DNA of 64,000 nucleotides from Okamejei kenojei (Eukaryota). Below are positions 50,132-62,596 of this stretch, piece by piece. Numbering within the stretch: the first letter of the stretch is position 1; each line of letters begins with the position of its first letter. A program made the translations under genes and the position numbers. Where the stretch lies: the NCBI GenBank assembly GCA_035221665.1, contig CM069155.1:29264001-29328000 (forward strand), written 5' to 3'. The notes under the pieces were generated by a model that worked only from the letters and a program-made list of their open reading frames with translations, did not search any database and was not told where the DNA came from.

Positions 50132-50211
50132 CTGATTGGCTTCGACGAGCATACCGGTTGATTGGTTTTGAGAGATAAACACAAAGTGAAATCTCGTATT
50201 CCATTTATAAA
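50132..50211 (+). promoter_or_regulatory. Ig light-chain promoter: two inverted CCAAT boxes, an IRF-like AAAGTGAAA and a TATA box
   Basis: ATTGG at 50135-50139 and 50161-50165; AAAGTGAAA at 50183-50191; TATAAA at 50206-50211, ~80 bp upstream of the ATG. Confidence 0.6.
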
Positions 50212-50288
50212 GAGAGCAGACCGTGAGAGCAAGATTACACGCCACTTGTCCTGGAAACTGAGCCCGCCCCATCGGAGCTCGGTCGGTA

Positions 50289-50348
50289 ATGAAAATGTCT
50301 TATTGGATCCTGTGTGGTCGGTGGGGGCGTTGGTTTTTTGCGCAGTTT
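50289..50348 (+). CDS. Ig light-chain leader exon, (MK)MSYWI.VWSVGALVFCAV
   Basis: ATG at 50289/50295, hydrophobic signal peptide, donor T|GTGAGT at 50349; one base missing near ATCCTGTG is needed for the usual phase-1 intron. Confidence 0.75.
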
Positions 50349-50472
50349 GTGAGTATTTTACTTTTCCTGACATTATACTTATTACTGTTCACAAATTATT
50401 TGGGTTATCTCCCCCATACTTCAACAAACTTAACAATTTTCTTTTTTTCTGATATATGTTCTCTTTTCTCAG

Positions 50473-50821
50473 ACTTAAGCGCGGCAGTTACAGTAAGTCA
50501 GCCGCCTTCGAAGTCCACCTCTATCGGACAGAAAATACAAATATCGTGCACCATATCGGGCTCCAGTTCAGGCGCTAACTATGTCTCCTGGTACCAACAG
50601 ATTCCTGGCAAAACTCCCAAGTATCTTTCTACCATCATAGCAGTGGCAGCCCCATTTATAAAAGGCACGGACATTCCAGACCGTTTTTTTCCATCTCGGT
50701 GTCAGCAGCTCTGTAATATTCGAATATCTAGCGTTCAATCGTGATGCTGCGGACTATTACTGTGCCAAATGGATTAGTGGTTTATAGGTTCGGTAAAGGG
50801 GAACGAGGCTGGGTATTGGCG
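50473..50821 (+). CDS. Germline-joined Ig light-chain VJ exon (lambda-like)
   Basis: ttttctcag| acceptor; AVTVSQPPS..ISC..SWYQQIPGKTPKYL..IPDRF..DAADYYC-AKW..-FGKGTRL G|gtaagt. V runs directly into J with no heptamer/nonamer; several indels. Confidence 0.92.
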
Positions 50822-52379
50822 GTAAGTAAAATATGTTCTTCGGGACATCGCGCTGTTTTATTTTTTATTTTTAATGCAGATATTGCTTGATTTTAACGTC
50901 GTGAGTTTCACATTATACCGTGATTGGGCCAGCTGTATTTCAGTGCAGATAGTGCGGCCTTGCTATAACAAGATGTTCCGAGTTCACTTGGACATAACTC
51001 AGTGAAATGACTGCAAAAGCGAGCGAATGTTTTGTTTTGAGCTTTTACCAGACGAACAATTTCTCAACATAAGTATTCCTGTGCCCAGGGAACCACGGGA
51101 CTGTAGACGACCTTGAGCGTATGAACTCGCTTAGGACTGTAGCGACTTGGATTCCCTTTTAGGCATTGGGGTTTGGTCGAACGTGCCGCATGCGAAGGAA
51201 GTATATTTCTACTTGTGTTGTGTTAATATGAAGCAAGTGGTTACACTCTGTAGCCCATTATACTCCAGTTGAATCACGAAAATAATGTATATAATGTTAT
51301 CACCGATCAGAGCCCCATATTTCCACCTTCAAAGCATTTCAAAACAACCATGACCCGTAAGACTAACCCTTAAGCGTCAATATTGGATTAGAAATTCTCG
51401 CAGCGCGATTCCAAAAAATATATATTGTTAACAGTTTAACAGAATTACTTTTCGGACCGCACTATATGAATGGCCTATAACATTGAGCAAACTTCAATTT
51501 TCCAGGGTGCTCCCCTCCAATAATGGTCGATACTTCCCAATGCGAATGGTGTCTTTCTCTTTCGGATTTTGAAATCGTCAATTAAATGAGGGTTGAATGT
51601 TGAATTGAAGTTGCATGGAATAGGGTTCGTTCAATAAATTGCGGAAATAGTCGCTGATTGTCCATATATGAAAAGGAAATTGCTTTAAGTAACGGGGTCA
51701 CAACGTTATATTCAACACTGTCAAAAATTCCCGGTTGAGGGTTTTACAGGATATCAAAATGCGAATGAGAATGGTGTCGCACATTTCTTCGTTCAGAAAA
51801 TTTTGTTTAATACGTAGAGCAGCCTTTCGTGACAGAGCAAGTGCATTTCAATTAGAAATGCATATTCGAACTACAATGTCATCCTTGCTTCTACCGAAGT
51901 CTGGGCATCTGTGACCGGGCTTTTCGAAGACTAGTTTTCCATATATCTTGCCGAACGAAATAGCGCCACCCTCCTCTCAATGGTGCCGACAATTAAATAA
52001 TTTAACCGTGATTATATAAATTACCCGTACCGAATCGTTTAGATCTGCTGATATATTTAAATAAAGCCGAGCGGTGTGTAAAATGAACGATTACTAATGT
52101 TATAATAATGTATTCTGAGTTTTATAAAATGGTGCCGCATGATCATCACATATGGTTTCCCGGAGTTTCGCTATGGCAGACAGATCTAGTCAGTTGTGCT
52201 TGCCACGGCTTTTAAAAAAAACACAGACTAGAAATGGTTGAAATAGGTCGAGAAAAACGGCTTATTAACAAATTAATTAAATTAGTGCTTCAATAGATGT
52301 ACTTTCGGCTAAAAAAAAAAAATAATGATATATCAACGACAGCAATCGCCAATTAAATGTGGACGTTCTTATTAAACAG

Positions 52380-52696
52380 ATCCTCAGGCACCGATCGTGA
52401 CGGTCCTCCCGCCCTCTGCCGAGGAAAATTACCTCAAAGGGCACCGGGGGCCACCCCTGTTTGTTTGGTGAAGCGGTTTAATCCGCCGTGGCTGGTGATG
52501 GACAGTCGACGGCGGTTGCAAAAAATTGCGGGCGTTAACCACCCGATCCAGCAGGATAAGGACAACACGTTCAGTCTCAGCAGTTACCTGACCCTGACAG
52601 CCTCAGACTGGACTTACACGAGCTTTACTCCTTTGGGTAAACACCAACTCAGGCAAACCCCTTAATCAAATAACGTGAGATCCAGCATGGATCTGA
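52380..52696 (+). CDS. Ig light-chain constant exon (C1-set), elasmobranch lambda/type II-like, indel-rich
   Basis: ttaaacag|; DPQAPIVTVLPPSAEE..ATL.CLV..FNP..TVDG..IQQDKDNTFSLSSYLTLTASDW..HELYS..VKH..QANPL..RSS; phase matches the J donor. Confidence 0.9.
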
Positions 52697-53357
52697 TGTT
52701 TGAAGCGTGGAGCTAACTTCCAAAGTGAGTTAATCCACCATGGGGGTTCTTCCAGGTGACAATAGGTAGTCTTTGTCTTTCGGAATGTTTCATTAAGAAA
52801 CGCCATTCATAGTTGAAAACTTGACTTTTATGACCCTTGTTTCGCTTAAATGTGTGGGCTTTCCGAAAGAATATCGTTCTTGTTTAAAGCTTCGGCGATA
52901 AATTGCGTTAACTAAATGCATGTATGTTGCGATTGTATTCAAGGTATTCTTTTTCGCAGACGTTGATAAAAGTTTTTATATCTATTGTCAAATGCCAGGG
53001 TTGATTCTCTTGGATTTATTCTGACCCCAAACGTGATGCTGAATATGGATGTTTGTCTTGTACATTTGAGCAAGAAACTCTGATTTTTTTTCCACAATCT
53101 CGATCTCGAATTACAATCGCAGAACGTAGTGAGTTTTGTGCACTCGGCAAGTTACCAAAAAAAAATGCGTTTCTAACCATTCGTACAAACGTGATATCAA
53201 CTCCAAATAAGAAGCCACCACAAAATTGGCAGAAAAGCTGCTAAAAATTTCAGTTGTTCTTTTGGTCAAAAACTCCCCCCACACCAACGCCACACCTTCA
53301 GGGTTTAAAAAAGGGTTTATTAATAGGTTTTTCGTTCGTAATGTGCACCGTTACAGT

Positions 53358-56300
53358 GAACATAGTAACAAGAAATTAGGTGCAGGAGCAGGCCATTCAG
53401 CCCTTCGTCCTGCACCGCCATTCATTGATCAGGGCTGATCAATCCAACTCTGTATCCTGTACCTGCCTCTCCTCCATACCCCCTGATTCCCTTCTGGCCA
53501 CAAAGGGCCACATCCCAACGCCCTCCTTATATATGGCCAACGGAACTAGCTGCCCAACTTCCGTCTGTGCTGAGAATTCCACCGGATTCACCACTCTCTG
53601 TTGTGAAAACAATGTTCTCATCTCGGTCCTAAAAGACTTTCCCCCCTCATACTTAAACTGGTGACCCTTTCCGACTTCTCCACATTGGGAACAATCTTCC
53701 TGCATCTACCTGTCCAACCCCTCTTAAGAATTGTAAGTCTCTATGAGATCCCCCCTCAATATATAATAAGATCCTTCTACAATTCCAGGCGAGTACAAGC
53801 CGATCCTATCCCAGTCTTTCTTTATGTGGAAGTCGTGCCACCCAGAATTAGCTGGTGAACCTTCTCTGTACTCCCTCTATGGCATAGATAGTCGTTTCCT
53901 CCTCAGAGTAAGAGACCAAAACTGAATGCAATACTCCTGGTGCGGCCTCACAAGACCCTGTATAACGCAGTAGAACAACCGCCTGCCTTGTATTCAAATA
54001 CTTTTGCTTTGAATGCCAACATACCATTAATTGCTTCGCACCTGCTGCACCGCAATGCCGACTTTCAATGACTGGTGTACCAGACAACCCAGGTCTCGCT
54101 GCATCTCCCCTTTTCCTAATCGGTCACGCAGTCAAATAATATCTACCTTCCTGTGTTTGCCACCAAAATGATTTAACCTCACATTTATCCACATTATAAT
54201 GCATCCTGCCACGGCATTTGCCCACTCACTCCAGTCTATCTATCCATCCTACAGCCTCCTAACATCCTCCTCACACTAACACTGCCCCGCCAGCTTCGTG
54301 TCATCTGCAACTTCGAGATGTTTGCATTAATTCCCTCTCCAAATCATTAATTATATTGTAAATAAGCTGGGGTCCCAGCACTGAGCCTTGCGGCACCCAC
54401 TAGTCACGGTGTGCCATCCTGAAAAGGACCCTGTTTCACCTCCTACTCTTTGCTCCAGTTCTTGCATGCCTTTCTCTATCCACATCAATACTGAACCACC
54501 AATACCGGTGCGTTAAGTTTGTATACCATCTCTTGGTGGGACCTGTCGAAAGCCTTTGAAAATCAGATACAAACACATCCACGGCGTCGCCCTTTCCACC
54601 TACTAGTTACATCCTCAAAAGAATTCAATAGATCATCAGACATAGGTACCCTTCGTAAATCTATGCTGACTTGTCCAATGAGGGCACCAAGTTCCAATGC
54701 GCTGCTATCCCTCTTTAATATTTGACTCTACAGTTTGCCCACCTACCGATGTTAACTAACTGGTCTGTAATTCCCCGTTTCCTCAATCCCCTCCCGTTTT
54801 AAAAAAAGGGGGTTACTTAGCTACCGTAGATACCTACAATCCGCAGGAACTACTTACTCCAGAATCTAAAGAGTTTTAAAAAGTACCCTAAGGCATCCGC
54901 TATTCTGGGTACGTCCTAAGTACCCTGGGATGCCACCACTTGCCCTGGGATTATCGGCCTTTAATCCAGTCATTTACCTAACACCCCTTTCCGGCTAACC
55001 TATTTCACTCATATTTCCTCATCCTCATTCAAGCCCGCGATCCCCTAGCTATGCCGGCCAATGAATGAGGTCTTTTTTATGATGACAAAACCAAAGGATT
55101 ATTCAATTGGTCTGCCATGACCTTTGTCCCCATGATCAAGTCACCCGTTTCTGACTGCAAGGACTTACATTTTGTTGTAACTAATCTTTTGCGCTTCACA
55201 ATATCGATAAAAACTTTTTGCAGTCAGTTTTTTATGTTTGTTCCTGCCATTTTCTTTCATTCTCCATTTTCCCTTTCCGAATTAAGCCCTTTTCCTCCTC
55301 TGTGGCCGCTTGAATTCGCCATATCCCCCGAGGCGTGCTTTTTTGGCTAATTTGTAATGCTTCATCTGGTTCTTTGATACTAATCCCTGATTTCCCTCAT
55401 TATCCACGATGCGCCACCTTCCCTGATGTATTCTTGTGCTTACTGGATGAACAGATTGTTGTAGTTCATCATGCAGTCCTTTAAAATGCCGTCCATTCAA
55501 ATCCACCGGCTACCCTTCATGATTCAATTGCCAATCCATCTGTGCTCCAAAAAAATAATTCACGTCTCATACCCTCAAAGTTACCTTTCCTTTTTGTTCG
55601 AGACCCGGTTTCCTGAAGTAACAATGTCATTCTGCATCCTAATGAAAACTCAACCATATTATTACGGTCACTCTTGCCCAGGCCACTACAAACCCTTCCG
55701 CATTACTCTTTATCCAGTCTAGAATAGCCTGCTCTCTCTCGCGTTGGGTTCCTCGACATGTTGGTTAGAAAACTATCCCGCATACTGTCCAAGAAATCCT
55801 CTCAGCACAATACCTGCCAATTTGATGCACCCAATCTATATGTTGATTGAAGTCAACACCCATTATAACGGTTGTAATTACCTTCGTTGAAGCATTTCCA
55901 ATTTCCTCGTTGATGCCATCTTCCCCTACTCCCCTACTACTGTAGGTGGCCTGTACACAACCCCACTAGCGGTTTTTCGCCCCTTAGTGTGTGGAGCTCC
56001 ACCCATTTCGTGTCCACATCCTCCTAGCTAATGGCATTTTCCTTTCTATTGCTTAATCGCCTCTCGAACCAGCTACGCTTACCCAACCCACTTTTTCCTT
56101 GCTCTGTCGATCCTTCCTGAATATTGAATATCCTGGATTTCACTCCCAACCTTGGTCACCCTGGAGCCATGTGTCCGTGAGCCCAACCTTATATCAGAAT
56201 TATTCATAGCTATCTGCAACTATTCTCCTCCTCTCCTTCCCCCCATGAAAGAATTAAAATGAAAAAAAAATATAGACACTAAAAAAATAACCACATAAGA

Positions 56301-57875
56301 ATAAAATAAAAATATTATATACAAAGATATAGTGGATGCAAAATAAAAAAAACTTCATCCACCTTATTACGAATGCTCCCCTTCCTCGCATGAACACAAA
56401 CCGGCAGGCTTGTTTTTACAACACTCTTGGGCCCGTTTACACTTAGTTTGAAAAGTGGCCTTTTAGACTTGTTGGCCTTGGATATGTTTTCCCTGGCCAC
56501 TTGTCCACCTTGCTACCTAATTGCCACTTCCTTTCCTCATTTTACAACCCTCTGTCTCTCTGCTCACTACATTTAAGATACCCTCCACTGTCTTATTTCC
56601 GTGTGTTATTTTTTTCTTCTTTCCTCCCTACGTGTTGCGTCCTCACAAATGGACTACCTTTGCCTTCTCTATTGATCCCCTCCCTCCAACCGATCTAGTG
56701 TAAAGCTCTCCCCAGCTAGCCTGTGCAAATCTCGCAGCCAGATATTGTTCCCCTCGGTTCATGCAACCGGTCCTTTGTACAGTCACACCTTCCCCCAAAA
56801 AGGTCCCATAATCCAGGTACTTGAATCTCTGCGCTCTGCACCAGTCCGTTAGCCCACACATTTATCCTCCCACCTTGCTCCATTCCTACTCTCACTGTCG
56901 CGGGGCACGGCATATTCCTAAGTTGTTACCTTTTGCGGTCCTTCTCCGTAACACTTCTTCCTAACTCCCTACATTCCTCCTTTCAGGATCGCCCTCTTTT
57001 TCTACCTATGGCATTGCACTATATGTAACCACGACCTCTGCTCCTCCCCGCCCAGTTCAGATATCTGGTCTCGTAGTTTGCCTCCTCTGGCACCAGGAGG
57101 CAAACGACCTACCGGGTCTCCTACTGCGTCCACAAATCGCCTATCTGTCCCCCCTACTATAGAGTCCCCTAGTATCTGCTACTGCTGCCCTCCCTCTTCT
57201 TTGCCTTACCCGCCTGACAACAGGGCCGGTCCTGTGAGCGAGGCCCGGCGCTGTTTGCTACCCCCAGTAGCTGGGCCCCCCCACATCTCAAACAGAGTAC
57301 TTATTGCCAAGTGTACAGCCATCCGGGTATTTCTTTCGTCTGCTCTAGTCCCTCCTCTGCCCCGTGCCCTCGCCTAACCATGACCCACTTTTCTGCCCTC
57401 CTGTGGTTTTGAGTGACCACTTGTCTGTAGCATCCCTCTATGACTTCCTCACTCCCCTACCAGAACGAGGTCAGCGTCGCTGCTCCGGTACAGAATACGT
57501 CCATTTGGAGCCCCAGCTTGGACGCACCTGGCGCAGATTGGATTCTGTAGAGCTAGCCTGACTGCATGACCTCCCAAATCCTGACATCCAAAACAGTAAC
57601 TGCCCCTCACTCATCCTCCCCCTTACCCGGGATACAAGACAATACAATGTATAATACATAAGGCAAGATTTTACTGAAAGAAATCAGCAAGGATCGACTG
57701 CCAATCAGCTGCTTCCCTCGATCGTCTTCCACCAATCAGCGGCTTCCCTCAACTGCACGTGGGAAGTTTTGAATTGCAAGCTGCGACTGGAACTTACGGA
57801 TTTGGATTTTGGAGCCTCCCACTGCAACCGCTCCTGGGGCTCTGTGGGAAACAAGCCCCGCGATCGAGTTTTTTT
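53358..57875 (-). mobile_element. Near-full-length CR1 (esterase ORF1 plus ORF2), heavily indel-damaged
   Basis: Colinear with 23659-29983 from the tail to a partial 5' monomer (ctcctggggctctgtgggaaacaagcccc). Confidence 0.88.
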
Positions 57876-58134
57876 ACAACTGTTATAAAAAGGCAAGACA
57901 TGTGCATACCTGGCAATTTACCAGAAACGTCATTAACGTCCCATCATTTCAGCAAGATTCGGAAAACTGATGGTTTTGGTTCCCACCTCCACTTTACACT
58001 AGCCACACTCTGTCTGCCCGCACATCCATCCTTTATCTCACACACCGAAGACATGGACGGTAACTGGTGACGGGATTTGTTGGGCAATTACCTTAAGCTG
58101 TGTTATCAATGTCGTATCCACCACAATTACCAAT

Positions 58135-61100
58135 GTGGCCCGGGTGCTTTTGGTGAGGAGGAACCATAATCTGAACGGTCCAAATCCATAACGTTCCCAT
58201 CAATAAACTGGCTTGAGGAAAGCCGCTGATTGGTGGACGTGAGTAACGCAGCTGATTGGCAACCAGATTCCAGCAGTTGTATGTACTGGTACTTTGTATT
58301 TTTGTATTTGTATTTTGTATTGTATATGTATTTGTTTTGGAATCCAGGTAGGAAATATGAGTGCCAGGGCAGCTTACTGTTGTCCTGGATGTCAGATGTG
58401 GAGGTCATGAAGTCGGTAAGCCATCCAGACGTCCACATCTGCGCCAGGTGTGTCGTGATGGGGGATTCCTATAGGAGTGTGTTAGGAACCTGCAGCAGCA
58501 GCTCGATGACCGCGGTCTGGTCAGGGAGAGTGATAGGGCATAGTTAGTTGAGTACAGGAGTAGTCTCTCCAAAACCACAGAGGCAGAAAAAGTGGTCTCG
58601 GTTAGGAGAGCAAGGGAGCAAGAGGCGGGGCTAGTGAGAACCCCATGCTGTACACCTTAAAATAAGTATCTCCTGTTTGAGGTGCTGTTGGGGGCCGACA
58701 GCCTAACTGGGGTACAACAGCGCCCTGCCTGCGGTACAGAGACTGGCTCTGTTGTCAGAAGGATAAGGAAAATTAGAGGAGTGATTTTAAGAGGGACTCT
58801 AGAGTTAGGGTCAGATTGGCGATTTCTTGGATGCAGCGGAGACCCGGATGGTAGGTTGCCTCCCTGGTACCTGAGCCGGGATGTGCTGAACTGTCCACGA
58901 TGCCTGAAAAGGGTGGGAAGGTTCCTGAGGGGCGTGTACTTCATTGGTACCAATACATATGTAAAAAAAGAGAAGAATCCTGAAAGGAAATTTAGAAGTT
59001 ATGGTAGAGGGTTAAGGAAAAGACACGCAAGATAACAATCTCAGGATTACTTCCTGTGTCACGCAACAGGAGAGTAGGAATGGAGCATGGTGGCGGATAA
59101 ATGCCTGCTGAAGGATGTGCAAGGCAGGGATTCAAGTTTCTGATTTGTGAATCTCTTTTTGGGCAAGGAGTGCCTGTATATAAAGGATGGGTTGCACTTG
59201 AATCCCGAGGGACCAGTATCCTGCGGAAAAATTGCAAAGGCTACTGGGGGGACTTTTAAAACAGATCAGTTAGGGGATGTTAACTCTAATAAGGAAACTA
59301 GTAGACAGGTCTGAGGAAGAGCAGAGAAGGGAAGCACTCAGACCCTTCATGTAGGGGGAAAGAAGAATAGAAAATTATAAACAGAGAATAAGGAGGTGAT
59401 AGTTTCCTGGGTAAAAAGCAAAAGGGCCACTTTATCAACGTAATGTAATAAGGGAGTAAGAGTGGTTGTAAAAACTACCTGAAGCTTTGTGGTCTCAATG
59501 GAAGGAGCATCGTAATAATGGACAGTTGAATATCAGATACTATTATTGACTAGCCGAAAGTTGGAATCACGGAGACATGGCTCCAGGGGACCAAGCTGGG
59601 AGCCGAACATCCAGGGATATTCATATTCAGAGGGATAGAACAGAAAGGAAAAGGAGGTGGGGTAGCGTGCTGGTGAGAGAGGGAGATAATGCAATAATAG
59701 GAAGGACAATAGCTTGGAGGATGTGGAACGTTATGGGTAGAGCTACGAAGTCTAAGGGGCAAAAACGCTAGTGGGAGTGGTGTACTGGCCACCTAACACA
59801 TAGTGGAGTTGGGATGGCATAACATGATATTAGAACTGTGTGATACAAGGTAAAACAGTATAATGGTGAACTTCAATCTACATATAATTTGGGTGAATCA
59901 AATGGGCCAGGGTGCGGAGGATGAGGATTTCTTGGAATGTATCGGATAATTTTTTCTAAACCAACATATACAGGTACCAACGGAGAGCGGCTAGTTTAGA
60001 CGGGTATTGTGTAAGGAGGAAGGGTTAGTTTAGCATCCTTGTTGTGGTGGCCCTTGAGGGGCAAGAGTGACCAAATATGGTTGAGTTTTCTCATAAGGAT
60101 GAGAGTGATGATTTAAAAACGTAAAGTCAGAAACAAGATTCTGAACGTAAACAAAGGTAATTGGAAGGTATGAGACCGTGAAATTGTCCAAGATAGACTG
60201 GCAAGTGATTCTTCAAGGAGGTGACAGAGGAAGGCAATGGATGGTATTTACAGAACTGCATGGATAACGACAACAATTGTTGCATCCCAGTTCGGCAAAA
60301 TAAGAAATCAGGAAGAAGAGCAATCCATGGATATCAAGGAATCAGGGATATATAAAAACAAAAGATGAAGCTAGAAAAAGCAGCCACCAGAGGACAGGGA
60401 AAATTCATTCCTGCAGAGGAGGACAAATGGCTTAATTAGGAAAGGAAAAATAGATAATGAAAGAAAACTGGCAGGAACATAAAAACTGACTGCAAACGTT
60501 TTTTATCGATATGGTAAAGAGCAACGATTTTTTAAAACGAATGTAGGTCCCTTACAGTCAGAAACAGAATTGATCATGGGAACAAGACATGGCAGACCAA
60601 TCGAATAACTACTTGGTTCTTCCTTCACTAAGGATGACATAAATAATCTGCCAGAAATAGCAGGGTGCTGGGTTTAAATGAGGGGGAGAACGGAGGAAAT
60701 CCTGTTAGCTCCGGAAGTGTGTTGGGTAAATTGAAGGAGGAAAGGCTGAGAAATCCCCAGGCCAGATAGTCTGCATCCCAAGTACTCTAGAAATAAGCCA
60801 CAGAATTTAGTGGATGCTTTGTGATATTGTTCAAAACTCCGTAGATGCTTGGAGTAAGGTTCCTGAGGATTGGAGGTAGCGATTGTAACCCCACTTGTGA
60901 AAAAATAGGGAGAGAAAAATACAGGAATTACAGACCATTTAGTCTAACATCGGTGGGGGGAAACTGCTAGTCATTATTAAAGATGGGATAGCAGCACATT
61001 TGGAAAGTGGTGAAATCATTGATAAGTCAGCATGGTTTAAGAAAAGGTAATATATGTCTGACGAATCTTATAATTTTTTCGAGGAGGTAACTATAAGTGG

Positions 61101-62595
61101 AATAAGGGAGAACCAGTGGAATGTGTTTTGATCTAGATTTTCAGAAGCTTTCGACAAGGTCCCGCAAGAGATTAGTATAACAAACGTAAAGCAGCAAGGT
61201 AATGTGGTTCAGTATTGATGTGGATAGAGAACTGGCTGGCAGACAGAAGCAAATGGTAAGAGTAAACGGTTCTTTTCAGAATGGCAGGCAGTGACTAGTG
61301 GTTACCGCAAGCCAGTGCCCTGGACCCCAGCTATTTATAATATATATTAATGATTTGGACCGAGGGATTTGAATGCAACATCTCCTATTTGGCGGATACA
61401 CTAAGCTGGGGGTAAGGTCAGGTGTGAGGAGGATGCAGAGCTGCACGATGACTTGGATAGGCCTGAGGTGATGGGCAAATGCATGGCCGATGCAGGATAA
61501 TGGATAAATGTGATGTCTTCCACTTTAGGCAAAAACAGAGGTAGACGATACTGAATGGTGCAAATTAGGAAAAGGGGAGATGGAACATACCGGGTGACAT
61601 GGTACACTAATATTGAAATTGGCATGCTAGTGCAGCAGGCAGTGAAGAAAGCGTATGGTATGTTACATTCATAGCGAAGATTTGGGTATAGGAGCAGGAG
61701 GTTCTACCTGCAGTTGTACAGTTTTTTGCTAGAACCACTCCGGTGTATTGTGTACAAGTTTGGTCCCAAATCTGAGAATGACTTTCCCTGCCATAGAGGG
61801 GTACAGAGAAGGTCACCAGACTGATTGCTGGATGCCAGACTTTCATATGAGAAAGACTGGATAGACTTGGCTTGTACGCGCTAGAATTTGAAGACTGAGG
61901 GGGGATCTTATAGAAACTTACAATGGCTTAACGTTTGATTGGCTAGATGCTAAATGTTCCCCATGTTGGGGAGGTCCAGAACAAGTCACAGTCGAAGGAT
62001 GAAGGGGGATTCTTTAGGACCGAGATGAGAAAACATTCCCCTTTAAGGACATCGGAAGTCGTTAGGACCGAGATGAATGATCTTTTTTCTCTCTGAAGGT
62101 GCGCGTCTGTGGATCTCTGCCACAGTAGTATTGAAGCCATTCATTGCTTATATTAGAGGGAGTTAATGTGGCCCTGGTGGAAAAGGGTTCAAGGGGTGAT
62201 GGGGAGAAGCAGGTATACAGGAAATTCTTGAGTGGGAGATCAGCATGACATATTGATGTCGGGGCAGGCTCGAAGGGCCGATTGCCTACCCCTGCACCTA
62301 TTTACTAGTTTTTTTTTTTCCGTTATTTTTTTTTTTTTTTCCATGATTGTTTGTCCATCACACAGAGGGGGTGGCGCTGGATTTCCCTATCCTCAGAAGT
62401 AGTTGAGGCCAGTTTCGTTGGCTATATTAAGAAGGTTGAGAGATGACCCGTGTGCTATAGGGATCAGGGGTAGGGAGAGAAGGCAAGGTAGACAGATACT
62501 GAGTTGGATATACAACCATGATCAGATGAATGGCGGGCATGGCTCGAGGGGCCGAATATGCCTCCCTGCTCCTATTCCATGATTCTATTTTTTAT
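58135..62595 (+). mobile_element. Near-full-length CR1, heavily indel-damaged, with a duplicated 3' end
   Basis: 5' UTR matches the reverse complement of 29500-29730; HICARCV, GTN, DGLHLNP; 3' UTR occurs twice (~62080-62310 and ~62350-62595). Confidence 0.88.
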
Positions 62596-62596
62596 G

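Noticed and set aside
50289-50744. 151-aa single-exon ORF suggesting an intronless leader-V (VpreB-like) protein
   Set aside because: It reads through a canonical GT-AG leader intron (50349-50472) only because of a 1-bp loss in the leader; J and C exons follow.
57876-58134. Spacer between the head-to-head CR1s as the missing 3' end of the Tc1
   Set aside because: No recognisable Tc1 terminal sequence or TSD could be matched.
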